From IMG/VR virus record IMGVR_UViG_3300013307_000671, positions 70,909 to 134,908 of that record: 64,000 bases of DNA; one strand, 5' to 3'. Of the stretch, positions 29,714 to 39,761 are shown piece after piece; the first letter of the stretch is position 1, and the number at the start of each line of letters is the position of its first letter. Both the position numbers and the translations under genes were made by a program. Source of the DNA: a virus. Its lineage: Duplodnaviria > Caudoviricetes. Below the pieces are notes generated by a model that saw only the letters and a list, made by a program, of their open reading frames with translations, was not told where the DNA came from and did not search any database.

Positions 29714-29938
29714 TTATTCCACATCTTCATAAAAATGCTGGCGTCCCACCACTTCAGCCAGAATCTCCCGATGAGCATTTTCTTCTGAGGTGAAACTATA
29801 AAATAGAGATTTACAGTTGATATAGCCCTTAAAAAAGCCCGGCATCTCATCGTCTTCTTCTACATAAAAATCAATCTGACGCTCGCGCAGCTTTTCCAGC
29901 ACTTCCCAATCACTTAAGTCTACAAATAGCGAAAACAT
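29714..29938 (-). CDS. small acidic protein, paralogue of 24762-24977
   Basis: RBS GAGGA, paralogy. Confidence 0.8.
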   Translation of the reverse strand: MFSLFVDLSDWEVLEKLRERQIDFYVEEDDEMPGFFKGYINCKSLFYSFTSEENAHREILAEVVGRQHFYEDVE

Positions 29939-30024
29939 AATTTATCCTCTCTATATAATGACAATATAATATCACGTAGTCTTATTCAATACAACAAAAA
30001 ACCACCCGAAGGTGGCTCTTTATT

Positions 30025-30444
30025 TTATACAGCAGGCTTTGCTTTGCCTTTATCGTAAGTGAACGCATCGTAAAGCGTTCCAATACCTACTGTAAGCAGT
30101 GCCAGACACATCCACGACCAGTCAAGCCGCGAGTTAACTGTGATCGCCAGCACTATATAGGCCACAGCAATGGTGAATACCTGCTGACGGGACAGCTTAT
30201 CTGAATAGTCGTGACATTCAGCAGAGATCTCAAAAGTTTGACCTTTAATGTCTTTCTTTTTCTTGAAAACCTCTCCTCGTGATTTCCTCACGCAATTTAC
30301 CAAACGTTCAGCCAGCATCAGCCACATAAACACATGCAGGCATGACTGGATAAACTCGACCTTGAAAAAGATACCGTTTAAACACAGGAGCATCGCCGCA
30401 AAAAACAGCAGCATATCAGAACTAATCGAAATATTCAGTTTCAT
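30025..30444 (-). CDS. 4-TM membrane protein
   Basis: Hydrophobic helices, RBS GAGG. Confidence 0.75.
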   Translation of the reverse strand: MKLNISISSDMLLFFAAMLLCLNGIFFKVEFIQSCLHVFMWLMLAERLVNCVRKSRGEVFKKKKDIKGQTFEISAECHDYSDKLSRQQVFTIAVAYIVLAITVNSRLDWSWMCLALLTVGIGTLYDAFTYDKGKAKPAV

Positions 30445-30516
30445 TAAAACCTCTTTTTTGATAACAACTCTCTTTAAAAGAACCTCGTATTATCTTGAGA
30501 TTCCGCCTTGTATTTA

Positions 30517-30969
30517 TCAGCCCAACTTTAAGCCTGTTTCTAACTCAATATCATCATCTACCGGATAATCTTCTTCACAATAAGCTCCAATCATTTCTAT
30601 TTGCTCCTGAATATCTCTCCGGTTAGACCAAAGTGACTCAGGAGGGATAACATCAAGCACTGCCTGAATGTAGCCATCAAGACGACGAACGCACTTGCGC
30701 TCCAGAACTTTAGACCAGTTGCCTTCTTCATCATAGGCATCAATATTTGAACAAAGATAATCTAAGTTAGGTAGCACTTTCGCTCTGCTGGTTAAATGGA
30801 AAGCAAGGATTCTTCTTACATACTCATCATTGCCTGAGATACCTACAGGTTTTTCAGTATAAATAAACCCTTCCTCATCCAAAATACGAGACAGAACTTC
30901 CTTCACTTCATCAGAGAAAAGTGATGTGTCGATTTTGATTTTTTCAGGAACATTAAGAAATTTTGTCAT
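30517..30969 (-). CDS. hypothetical protein
   Basis: Start MTKFL, RBS GAGGT. Confidence 0.75.
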   Translation of the reverse strand: MTKFLNVPEKIKIDTSLFSDEVKEVLSRILDEEGFIYTEKPVGISGNDEYVRRILAFHLTSRAKVLPNLDYLCSNIDAYDEEGNWSKVLERKCVRRLDGYIQAVLDVIPPESLWSNRRDIQEQIEMIGAYCEEDYPVDDDIELETGLKLG

Positions 30970-31035
30970 GCTCAATACCTCATTCAAGACAGATACTCAT
31001 TATACCTTTAGGCCAACTTGAGCACAAACTATAAA

Positions 31036-31455
31036 TCAATAAAAACCAAAATCGTAAGCGACCAGCTCGCCTTTTTTGGTATATCCGAACTGACCACAGT
31101 CAACAAAATCAGTCCATTCTGGCGTATCTTCTCTTAAGCCTTCATAATGCTCAACATATTCCATCACAGCACAGTATAAGCCATCAATTACAACCATACG
31201 CGCTTTAGCAACCGGATGACCGAAATCCTGCTTGCTTGACTCTACGCAGTTATCATCTTCACCGTTTTCACTCAACGGCACTTTAATAACGTAGTTGCCA
31301 CTTTTCAACTTAAACGTCATACGGCAACGACCAGAGCCAATCATCTCATATTTACCTATCATTTTTTGAATCAAAGCATCAGCAACAGCATTCTTTTCAG
31401 CTTCCGCAAAACCGCCTTCGAACATGTTTTCAACGCCTTTAAACTCAAAAGTCAT
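31036..31455 (-). CDS. minimal protein-kinase-like protein
   Basis: IGSGRCR Gly-loop, VIKVP Lys, helix-C Glu, MEYV hinge, YDFG. Confidence 0.65.
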   Translation of the reverse strand: MTFEFKGVENMFEGGFAEAEKNAVADALIQKMIGKYEMIGSGRCRMTFKLKSGNYVIKVPLSENGEDDNCVESSKQDFGHPVAKARMVVIDGLYCAVMEYVEHYEGLREDTPEWTDFVDCGQFGYTKKGELVAYDFGFY

Positions 31456-31612
31456 GATATTTTCCTTTCGTTTCAATACCTCTATTATATGACAACACGA
31501 AAAAAGTTACAAGCCTTTAATGAAAAAAGTTAAGCTCTTTCAATATGTATTTGATTATGATGGCAACGTATGTTATAAGGTTATTAGGCAAATTAAAGGA
31601 GAGGGAGAGAAT

Positions 31613-31654
31613 ATGAAATATACATTTAATGAAGAAGACCTTGGCCTAGACTAA
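31613..31654 (+). CDS. 13-aa peptide MKYTFNEEDLGLD or truncated gene remnant
   Basis: TTGATT-17-TATAAG promoter, strong RBS AAGGAGAGGGAG. Confidence 0.35.
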   Translation: MKYTFNEEDLGLD

Positions 31655-31695
31655 AGCCTTTTGTTTAAATAAAAAACCGCCCGGAGGCGGCTTTT

Positions 31696-31902
31696 TTAAT
31701 CCGGGTATTTCTTGTCGAAATCATCATCACTCAACGCGAACTGATCAATGTCAAACTCTGACACGCCCACGCTTAGCGCCTCAATCACAAAGTTAGTCCA
31801 GTCCTTAACCAGTGAGCGATCAATGAAGTTATTGCCAGTCATTTTCTCACGAATCGCGTGAATCTCATCAACACTCAGAACTTTCTTTTCAAGCTTATCC
31901 AC
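31696..31902 (-). CDS. small acidic hypothetical protein
   Basis: GTG start, RBS AGGGGA. Confidence 0.7.
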   Translation of the reverse strand: MDKLEKKVLSVDEIHAIREKMTGNNFIDRSLVKDWTNFVIEALSVGVSEFDIDQFALSDDDFDKKYPD

Positions 31903-31956
31903 GTTAAAATCCCCTATTCGTCTTTGTTGTCATAATATCAGGAAGCCTGATGCTCG

Positions 31957-32235
31957 TCAAACGATTTCTCCATAAACTTTCACGAATTGCCCACAGCTCT
32001 CGCATTCATATTCATGCATAAAACGACCATTCTCGGTCCAGTTATTCGCACTACACAGGCAGGCAAGCACACGCACTTTTCCTGGAGACACCTCGGCCTC
32101 ACCGAAATCAGATACTTCTGGTTGTTGGTCAAATACATAGGCATTCATTTTGATAAAGCGCGGACGCTCGATGCGATCTGAATGCTTACCGCAGGCAACC
32201 GCCAGATATTTGAAATACATTTCAGCCGTTTTCAT
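31957..32235 (-). CDS. Zn-ribbon protein, tandem paralogue of 32235-32495
   Basis: C.C..NNWT.NGRF..EYEC.SCGQFV. Confidence 0.8.
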   Translation of the reverse strand: MKTAEMYFKYLAVACGKHSDRIERPRFIKMNAYVFDQQPEVSDFGEAEVSPGKVRVLACLCSANNWTENGRFMHEYECESCGQFVKVYGEIV

Positions 32236-32495
32236 CAGGATTGCTTCTCGTATGCCTCAACGAACTGCCCACAGCTACCGCACTCATATTCATTGATGAA
32301 GCGTCCGTTATCCGTCCAGTTATTACAACCGCACTTGCATTTCAAAATACGGATTTTTCCTTCAGGTATCTCTCTTACGCCAAAATCTGTAATGGTTGAC
32401 TCACCTTCAAAGCTGTAGCCTGAAAGCTTCATAGTGCAATCTGTCCCACCATAGGATACATATTTTAAATATACTTCACGATTTCTGTTATCCAT
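32235..32495 (-). CDS. Zn-ribbon protein, tandem paralogue
   Basis: CKCGCNNWTDNGRFINEYECGSCGQFV. Confidence 0.8.
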   Translation of the reverse strand: MDNRNREVYLKYVSYGGTDCTMKLSGYSFEGESTITDFGVREIPEGKIRILKCKCGCNNWTDNGRFINEYECGSCGQFVEAYEKQS

Positions 32496-32542
32496 GCCTC
32501 ACCTATATGAAAGAGGGCCACTTGCGCAGCCCTTTCTATTTG

Positions 32543-32773
32543 TTAATCTTCAAATTTCCAAACAATCCCGGCAGCATCCAGCCTTTGCGCTAACGTCTTC
32601 TCGTCAATCCAATACATCATTTGACCATCAGAGCCGATCACTCGACCCACATTAACACCGCGTGGCAGCTTCAGCACTTTCTTTTGAATACTATCATCTT
32701 CGTTTACAGAAGAGGGAATCTTAGATCCTGAAGCATAAACATCAACTCCACCACCACAAACCATTCGAGTCAT
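32543..32773 (-). CDS. hypothetical protein
   Basis: ORF, RBS AAGG. Confidence 0.7.
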   Translation of the reverse strand: MTRMVCGGGVDVYASGSKIPSSVNEDDSIQKKVLKLPRGVNVGRVIGSDGQMMYWIDEKTLAQRLDAAGIVWKFED

Positions 32774-32787
32774 AATAGCGCCTTTAT

Positions 32788-33045
32788 TTAAACAATCAGT
32801 GAGCCGATAACAGCAATATCGTCAGACAGCTTCACAACACGGAAACCATCATCAAGCAGATCAATACAGCGAACCTTTTCGCCTGCTACCTCTTCCACTA
32901 CCAGATAGTCGTCGCCTACGCAGATAACCGAACGCGGACCAATGTCGTTTTTGTCAAAAGAAATCTCACCCGGCTCAAAGCTCAGTTCCTGCTCTGCCAG
33001 TGAAGCCTGCTTCTCAACAAAAATCTCTTTGTTCATCATAGTCAT
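32788..33045 (-). CDS. small acidic SH3-like hypothetical protein
   Basis: ORF, RBS GAGGA. Confidence 0.75.
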   Translation of the reverse strand: MTMMNKEIFVEKQASLAEQELSFEPGEISFDKNDIGPRSVICVGDDYLVVEEVAGEKVRCIDLLDDGFRVVKLSDDIAVIGSLIV

Positions 33046-33135
33046 ATCCTCTTAACTGTTCTATAAACGGGAAAGCCCCGCGACTCATCAACGGGGCTAT
33101 TATAGCAAAATAATGCTGTTAAGCACAACCACTTT

Positions 33136-33540
33136 TTACACGGCTTTGTGTTCTCTGCAGAACGCTTCCGTTTCACTCAAATCGCACAGAAACTGCATTT
33201 CTGGCGCTTTAATTTCAAGAGAACCAATATCAAGAGATGACGCAGTCACTCTACTTTCGTTCTTTAATACAATCTCTAAGCCAATAGCATTCGAGCTATC
33301 CGTTTCTGCAGGATCATCATATTTGATATATTGAGTATATTGCCCAAGCAGCTCAATAATCTCAGACTGTTCTATCTTTTCTCTTTTTTGGGATAGCACA
33401 TCACTTCTGTCAGTCAACAACAAATCATCAGAGCCTGCACTTTTGCTGAAGGCGTATAAACGTAATCCTCTGATATTGCCTTTATTGGCTTCCATGTACT
33501 CTACTACATCTTTAAACGCATCTTGGGGACTTTTAAACAT
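33136..33540 (-). CDS. hypothetical protein (last gene of a 4-gene operon)
   Basis: Coupled to upstream ORF. Confidence 0.75.
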   Translation of the reverse strand: MFKSPQDAFKDVVEYMEANKGNIRGLRLYAFSKSAGSDDLLLTDRSDVLSQKREKIEQSEIIELLGQYTQYIKYDDPAETDSSNAIGLEIVLKNESRVTASSLDIGSLEIKAPEMQFLCDLSETEAFCREHKAV

Positions 33541-33541
33541 A

Positions 33542-34045
33542 TTATGCCTTATCTTTGTTATTGTTTGATTTGATTACTTCCATCATGTCTTCAATCTGGT
33601 CAAAATCAAAAGTTAGAATGAAACCATAACCATTTTGCAATATATCTTCTTCCTCATCTTCCTCTGTATCGAAATCTTCGCCTTCCATCATTTTAATACC
33701 GAAACTAAACTTATATTTGGGAACATCTTTGTATTCAGTATCTGTGTCAATCACCTCTGTGAAATGCGTCAGATATTGTGCCAGCAAAGTCTTAAACACG
33801 TCGCCATCAATGAAATCACATGCTTTACCATCTGCGCCCTCATTGCAGAAAAGCTCGGTTTCATCAATAATATCAATCGCGGCCTCATCATAAGGACACT
33901 CCATACGCCCAGCAAAACGAATGCCTACTTTCTGATAAGGCTCTCCTTTTACAGCAAGAGCCGCATTGCGATCCAAAGTCTCAATAAGCAGTTTTAGCTT
34001 CTCTTTATCCTTAAGCCTTGATTGTTCCTCATCTTCAGTCATCAC
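33542..34045 (-). CDS. highly acidic hypothetical protein
   Basis: RBS GGAGTAGG; weak similarity to 34083-34634. Confidence 0.8.
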   Translation of the reverse strand: MMTEDEEQSRLKDKEKLKLLIETLDRNAALAVKGEPYQKVGIRFAGRMECPYDEAAIDIIDETELFCNEGADGKACDFIDGDVFKTLLAQYLTHFTEVIDTDTEYKDVPKYKFSFGIKMMEGEDFDTEEDEEEDILQNGYGFILTFDFDQIEDMMEVIKSNNNKDKA

Positions 34046-34082
34046 CTACTCCTTTTTTATTGTTTTTATTCAGCCTAGCGCT

Positions 34083-34634
34083 TTATACTTCTACGCTTTC
34101 TGCTACTTTTAAGTCTACCATAACGCCCGTCAGTTTATCAAAAGTGTCTTTAAACAACTCAAATGATGATGCATACGCATTAACGGTTTCTTTAATAAAA
34201 AATCGCTTCAGGAAGCTCCCTTGAATATCCTTATCATAAAAAGAAATAGTCAGCCGCAAGTAATCAGGATTCAAATGGTTATATTTTCCGGGGTTTTCAC
34301 TATCTCCCATCATCTCTTCATGATACTGATAGAATAAATCCGTAAACATCTTACTATTCAAACAAGGCACACCTTGCGCATCAAGAAAATAATACGTTTG
34401 CGCCTCATCAAGCACAATCTCACCTTGCTCAATGCCATGTTCATTTACCAGCACTTTAGACGTTTCAAAACTTATACCAAAGTCAGCAACCTGTTCACCT
34501 TCAGCGTGTTGCTTTAACCTTTCGTCAATCTTAACCATAAAAGACGCCAGTCGCGCCTCAAATGAGGTTTCGCCAGAAACATTTTTTACGTCTTTTTCTA
34601 TCTGAATAGCGTTCTCTTTAAAACCTATCTTCAT
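34083..34634 (-). CDS. hypothetical protein
   Basis: RBS GGAGA. Confidence 0.8.
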   Translation of the reverse strand: MKIGFKENAIQIEKDVKNVSGETSFEARLASFMVKIDERLKQHAEGEQVADFGISFETSKVLVNEHGIEQGEIVLDEAQTYYFLDAQGVPCLNSKMFTDLFYQYHEEMMGDSENPGKYNHLNPDYLRLTISFYDKDIQGSFLKRFFIKETVNAYASSFELFKDTFDKLTGVMVDLKVAESVEV

Positions 34635-34644
34635 AAACTCTCCA

Positions 34645-35163
34645 TTATGCTGATTTCAATACAGGCTCAACCTGCGTCTTAAATACGATTTCAAAGCGAG
34701 AACTCAAGCCATTATGATAACTCACTTCCTTAAAGCTCTCCACAAAGGGACTCTTTGACAGAAACCACTTTACACGACGAGCAATGGCTACCGCAGGGAA
34801 ATAACGCGGCTTTCCATCAGTGCGACGGCTGTATGTCTCAATACCGCTAACAAAAATCTCGTGCTTAACACGATCATAATGAATAGAAGTAGACTCACGA
34901 ATATTTTTTGAGAAATGCTCACCAAAATCTACACGCGATTTCTTAGCCTCCTCAGCATGACGCATAATGTCAAAGAAAAAGAACTTCATCAGAATGAAGT
35001 CATTCCCCAACGCTTCCGGCAGGCAATGACGCGCATTATCATCAAACCAACACGAATACAGATGGTTCTTCTCCGCTAAATCATAAAACCAACGACGACG
35101 ACCCGCCGCATTCACCTGATCAACACCACTTTCGCGCACCGCACCTAACATGAAATAGTTCAT
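34645..35163 (-). CDS. hypothetical protein
   Basis: RBS AAGGGA. Confidence 0.75.
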   Translation of the reverse strand: MNYFMLGAVRESGVDQVNAAGRRRWFYDLAEKNHLYSCWFDDNARHCLPEALGNDFILMKFFFFDIMRHAEEAKKSRVDFGEHFSKNIRESTSIHYDRVKHEIFVSGIETYSRRTDGKPRYFPAVAIARRVKWFLSKSPFVESFKEVSYHNGLSSRFEIVFKTQVEPVLKSA

Positions 35164-35240
35164 CTTTTCCCTTAATCTTTTTTGAAGAATCTCTCAAACG
35201 ACAAAGGCCACAGTTAAGTGGCCCAGTTTTTCATTGATAA

Positions 35241-35510
35241 TCAGTTTTCGTCAAAATACGCAATCAGACGTTCCTGAAGATTAGTGATAACCACATCCGA
35301 TTCAGAGGCATCATCAGGATAAACAATATCGTTATGCCCTTCACCATCCAAACGCTCAGCCAGTGTCGCATCTTCCATCAGAAAGGCCTCAACGTCCGGC
35401 ACACGATCAGTGAAGTTTACAACCTCATAAGCAACATCAATCACGTCTTCACCTGCTTCAACCTTAACAATGGCTTCATTCAGTAAACGCTCAAACAGTG
35501 GCTTAGTCAT
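35241..35510 (-). CDS. highly acidic small protein (possible DNA mimic), paralogue of 56046-56291
   Basis: ~23 D/E vs ~6 K/R in 89 aa; MED.TL and D....N.Q..L...F shared with paralogue. Confidence 0.8.
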   Translation of the reverse strand: MTKPLFERLLNEAIVKVEAGEDVIDVAYEVVNFTDRVPDVEAFLMEDATLAERLDGEGHNDIVYPDDASESDVVITNLQERLIAYFDEN

Positions 35511-35636
35511 CTTTATTTCCTCTCGTTTTCAATAAAGCTATTTTATGACAACAGAAAAAGAAAAGCAAACACTTTTTACTGAGATTTCCTCCAAAACAAA
35601 AAAGAGGCCGAAGCCTCCTTTTTTCATTCGCCTTCC

Positions 35637-35777
35637 TTACGCCGCTTTAGGCAGTGGCTGATTCTTACCGCCATTCACCATGCGACCTTCAACCTGTGAG
35701 CGAATCGCCGCAGTGTTGTAAATCAGGCCATTAAGAAAGTCCTGAGCTTTGTTAGTGTTTACAGTAGTATTTGACAT
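35637..35777 (-). CDS. 46-aa hypothetical protein
   Basis: Start MSNTTV, RBS GAGGT, own promoter and terminator. Confidence 0.7.
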   Translation of the reverse strand: MSNTTVNTNKAQDFLNGLIYNTAAIRSQVEGRMVNGGKNQPLPKAA

Positions 35778-35912
35778 GTTAACCTCGGCAAGTGTGAGTT
35801 GGTTTTTACTGCTCTGCTTCAATGAATACAGTATACAACTAAGACTTATCCGAGAAAGCGACCTCTGTCACAGTTTTAAATACAAAATAAATATTATAAA
35901 TCAATAACTTAT

Positions 35913-36101
35913 TTAGACAACCCAAATAATCATAACAATATCATCTTTGCCATAAATATGCACTATTGATACAACCTTGTAAAGATTTTCATCACCTTCA
36001 CACTGAACACATTCATTAATGCGCGGCGCAATAAATGTCGCATTAACGTTTATTTCTTTTAGCTTTTCACCATTAGATAAATTTTTAATTTCTACTTTCA
36101 T
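35913..36101 (-). CDS. small AT-rich hypothetical protein
   Basis: RBS AAGGTG. Confidence 0.65.
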   Translation of the reverse strand: MKVEIKNLSNGEKLKEINVNATFIAPRINECVQCEGDENLYKVVSIVHIYGKDDIVMIIWVV

Positions 36102-36153
36102 ACATCACCTTATTCTTATTGAAAATAAAAGATCCACCCGCAGGCGGCCCCTA

Positions 36154-36579
36154 TTATTTAGCCAGCAGCGCCCGAACGCTTTCCAGCAAGGCTTTCTCCG
36201 ACTCTGTTTTGCCTTCAAAGGTTGTGGCTACCTGCTCCAGCACTTTCAACATTTCCGGCACTTTATGCGCGTTTTCGCTGATTACCGCCGCCGTAGTCTT
36301 GCGCACGCTCTCTTCTTTCAGATACACTAGATACTCAGGTGAGCCGATGACAGGAATAGCCGCCCATTTATCAGACACTTTTTCAAAAAGCACGTCATTA
36401 AACCAATAATCATCTTCCTGATTACCTTCACGATCCATGCCATTTTCATCATAGCCATATGAATCATAGCCCTCCTTGTCAGCCATACCAAGACTTTTTT
36501 CATCAAGGTAATCCTCAAACCATTTCTGGTTTTTCTTATATGACTTACTTACCGTAGGTGAATATTTGCCTTGAGCCAT
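36154..36579 (-). CDS. hypothetical protein with GYD/YD repeats
   Basis: EGYDSYGYDENGMDREG; RBS AAGGAG. Confidence 0.8.
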   Translation of the reverse strand: MAQGKYSPTVSKSYKKNQKWFEDYLDEKSLGMADKEGYDSYGYDENGMDREGNQEDDYWFNDVLFEKVSDKWAAIPVIGSPEYLVYLKEESVRKTTAAVISENAHKVPEMLKVLEQVATTFEGKTESEKALLESVRALLAK

Positions 36580-36621
36580 AGTGAACTCCTTAGTTATTTC
36601 GCATCACGTAAAGCAATGCAG

Positions 36622-37143
36622 TTAAATGTTATAAGCCTTACTGTCTTCAAAAAAGGTTGTCTTTTCCAGTGCTTTCAGCACTTCCTCAGCTTTAGGCTGG
36701 TAAGGAGCCAGCACCGCTAACTCCTCAATATCTTCCGTGCTTAACTGATAGCTCTTAATCAGCATTGCCGTTCTCTCACAACCATCCATCTTTAAATACG
36801 CCCTCAGACGTTGCTTAGAGAAAGCCACATACTGACTTAGCACACAGTTATCTTTGTCTTTGTGGAAGTTATCCGTCCGGTTTGAATAGTATAACTTCAT
36901 CACAGGCACTATCTTTTTGCTATTCAACATCTCGATAATCTCAAAACGATGAATAATCGCTATCTCTATCGCGTTCTCATAGTTATTAATACCAATAACA
37001 GGCTTCCCAACAAAAACACGATTGTTAAAAGCCAGTTCATCATAGAGACGCTTCTCATCTTTAGCCGCCTGATTTTGCTCAAGCAATACCGGAATCTCTG
37101 ATTCGTGAACAAATCCAAACTTTCTCAGTATTTTGCTAAACAT
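36622..37143 (-). CDS. hypothetical protein
   Basis: Start MFSKIL, RBS GGGGA. Confidence 0.75.
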   Translation of the reverse strand: MFSKILRKFGFVHESEIPVLLEQNQAAKDEKRLYDELAFNNRVFVGKPVIGINNYENAIEIAIIHRFEIIEMLNSKKIVPVMKLYYSNRTDNFHKDKDNCVLSQYVAFSKQRLRAYLKMDGCERTAMLIKSYQLSTEDIEELAVLAPYQPKAEEVLKALEKTTFFEDSKAYNI

Positions 37144-37251
37144 GATGATCCCCAATAACATTAAGACAATCAGTATAACGCTTAAGGACAATACATAGCA
37201 ACACTTATTTTCTTCGCCCAATAAAAAACCGCCCGAAGGCGGCTCTCTTCA

Positions 37252-37998
37252 TTAATAAATCTTATCCTGGCTCAGGAACTCAGGAGCGTTATCCCAGGTG
37301 ATTTTATCTTCGGGATAACGCTTATTTCCAAAACAAACCTCTGTTAAAGAGCCATCTTCTGATTCAATCTTACAACTGTAAGACAACTCACAGCCTGAAG
37401 CATAGTATGGCCTTACAGAGACTTCTTTAACCACGCCTACACCTGCGCCCTTCTTGGTCTCAAAACTTACAGACTCGCCTACTTTTGGCACCAGCAATGC
37501 TTTACGCTGCTCAAATACATCTTCAGTTAGGCTAAGATCTACAAACTCAATCTTATCATTCTTCTGAGAAAGCATAACAGTATCTGCCAGCTTTTTCGCA
37601 TCACCTTTTCCATGAGGAGCCACTACAAAAGTTTTACCGCTATTGCTCTCCTTGATGACATAAACCTCAATAAAGCCTCGCTCGTCTCTTTTAACATCAA
37701 TGACTTTTCCAAGACCATAAACGATATGATCATCGTCCAGAGTGGTAAACGTTGCCATATCGCCTTTATTAATCTTATAAGGATTTTTAACATCTTCATT
37801 GAAAGCATCAAAACATTGCGGCATTTCATCAATATCTTCGTCAATCAGCAAAGAGAAAAACTCAAATGGAGAAAGCTGAACCAGCTCACAGCTTAACTCT
37901 TTGGCTGAAAAGCTGTCTTTTTCAACCAACAGCTTACCGTCAAAATAGATAGCTTCTTTGTTGTTGGCTGCTACGTAAATAACACTGTTTAACGTCAT
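37252..37998 (-). CDS. hypothetical protein with two SH3-like segments
   Basis: Start MTLNSV, RBS AAGGA. Confidence 0.75.
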   Translation of the reverse strand: MTLNSVIYVAANNKEAIYFDGKLLVEKDSFSAKELSCELVQLSPFEFFSLLIDEDIDEMPQCFDAFNEDVKNPYKINKGDMATFTTLDDDHIVYGLGKVIDVKRDERGFIEVYVIKESNSGKTFVVAPHGKGDAKKLADTVMLSQKNDKIEFVDLSLTEDVFEQRKALLVPKVGESVSFETKKGAGVGVVKEVSVRPYYASGCELSYSCKIESEDGSLTEVCFGNKRYPEDKITWDNAPEFLSQDKIY

Positions 37999-38125
37999 AA
38001 TGAAGTTTCCTTTTAGATTTTTATTATTATAGTAGCTTAGCCTATAACCTTCAATCAAAATCTTAAACACATTTTTATGAAACGCTTCTCTTAACAAACA
38101 AAAACCACCCGAAGGTGGCTTAATA

Positions 38126-38389
38126 TTATCGAAACAACTCCTTAACATTCCAACGAAGATTAAGAAAGAAACATCTTACTGCCAACTTTTTTGAACGAAG
38201 GCGATATCTTCGTATATCTTTATTCATATGGATATATTCATCCAGGACAGATATCACATACAACACGACAAGAAACACAAGCAGCATAGCGATTGCAAAA
38301 ATAATGAATCCAATAATACCACCAAAGCTGCCAAAGGCCTCAAGTAAAAACAAAGTAAAGTTTTTACACATAACACCAACTGTTTCCAT
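38126..38389 (-). CDS. small membrane protein, tandem paralogue of 38525-38752
   Basis: GG..GF..F..A.L...D.Y. Confidence 0.75.
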   Translation of the reverse strand: METVGVMCKNFTLFLLEAFGSFGGIIGFIIFAIAMLLVFLVVLYVISVLDEYIHMNKDIRRYRLRSKKLAVRCFFLNLRWNVKELFR

Positions 38390-38404
38390 TTTTAACTCCT
38401 CAGT

Positions 38405-38900
38405 ATTTCGCTTCGATAAAGACAGTATATGACTTAATGACAACACATGCAGGCTTTTTAATGCTATTTTACTGGAATGCCTCTCTTAAAAGGAAAAACC
38501 GCCCGGAGGCGGCTGCTTTGCTTGTTAGCCAAGGTTCAATACTTTTCTTTTCATGCCCAACTTTTTACGCATGTAAGGTTTGAACTTATGACCGTGAATA
38601 TACATATATTTATCCGCTTTCTCTGCTGCGAAAAACACACAGCCTAAAAACCCCAGCAATGCAACACCAAACATAGTGAAACCTAAAAATCCGCCAAGAT
38701 TAGTGAACAGGAAGTTCAGTGCTGCAGCAAATATTTCGAATAAAGTAGTCATTTTACTTTCCTTTTACAGAGAGAGAAGAGTCTCTCGTTTCGATAAAAA
38801 CAGTATACGATATAATGACAACAAATGCAAGCTTTTTCAAATGCTATTTTACTGAAATGCCTCTCTTAAAAAGAAAAAAACCGCCCGCAGGCGGCTTTCA
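38405..38900. repeat. two ~110-bp near-identical intergenic modules (38405-38515, 38785-38900)
   Basis: Start motif, promoter, AATGCTATTTTACTG.AATGCCTCTCTTAAAA and terminator conserved. Confidence 0.85.
38525..38752 (-). CDS. small membrane protein, tandem paralogue
   Basis: RBS AAGGA, paralogy. Confidence 0.75.
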   Translation of the reverse strand: MTTLFEIFAAALNFLFTNLGGFLGFTMFGVALLGFLGCVFFAAEKADKYMYIHGHKFKPYMRKKLGMKRKVLNLG

Positions 38901-38903
38901 GTT

Positions 38904-39761
38904 TTAGGCTGCTTTAGCAACTTCTTTATCAGCGATTGGCGCATCACCTTTGCTAAAGAGCAGGAAGGTTTTCACATTGGTGAAGGCTTCTGTGGAGATT
39001 GCCAGCACTTTTTCAATGCCATCCAGTTTCGCCTTATACAGACCATCTTTCAGATCCGCAATGTTTTCAGCTACAGCAAAAGAACGAGTCGTATATTTAT
39101 ATTTTTCTTTGTTTTTGCTGACACTGTAAACCTTTACGTCTACCGCGTTTTTATCAGAACGTGAAGAGGCTTCCAGATGGATAAAGTCCGCTTCGAGTGC
39201 CGCATTCAGCTTAGCAGCATGAGCTGCGCTTGAACGGTAATCGGCATCAACTTTTACGGTTACGCTATCTTTATCCGATTCTTTAACATCAACTTCCGCA
39301 ACAAATGTTGCTTTACGGTTTTCACGCTCAAACAGCGCAATTTCATCACGGTGCTGAATCACGATAACCTTACCATTCAGCACATACATTTTCGCTTTCT
39401 TGCTCTCTACCGCTTCATCCTTGAAGTAGTAATCCGGTTCCAGCTCAACATCATCTGAATACTCACCGCTATGACGCACGATGCTACGAATAGCAGCCTT
39501 TTCCACAATGTAAATAGACACATTGTGCTTTTTCTTACCGCTCACCAGAGAGAAAACGTCGGCGTTTTTGCGCTGCTTTTCCGCCAGAATAGCCAGCGCC
39601 TCTTCTTTAGTCAGACCTGTTTCTTTCTCAAAACCAGGCTTGCTTACGTCAGCAGAGGTGCCGTTCGACAGAAAAGAACGCATAGCCCAAACAACTTTAG
39701 ACTCTACGCCTGTCTTAACCAGAGCAGTTTTAGGTTTACGGTTTCCGTTAGTATTCAGCAT
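38904..39761 (-). CDS. basic hypothetical protein
   Basis: 285-aa ORF in a complete module. Confidence 0.8.
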   Translation of the reverse strand: MLNTNGNRKPKTALVKTGVESKVVWAMRSFLSNGTSADVSKPGFEKETGLTKEEALAILAEKQRKNADVFSLVSGKKKHNVSIYIVEKAAIRSIVRHSGEYSDDVELEPDYYFKDEAVESKKAKMYVLNGKVIVIQHRDEIALFERENRKATFVAEVDVKESDKDSVTVKVDADYRSSAAHAAKLNAALEADFIHLEASSRSDKNAVDVKVYSVSKNKEKYKYTTRSFAVAENIADLKDGLYKAKLDGIEKVLAISTEAFTNVKTFLLFSKGDAPIADKEVAKAA

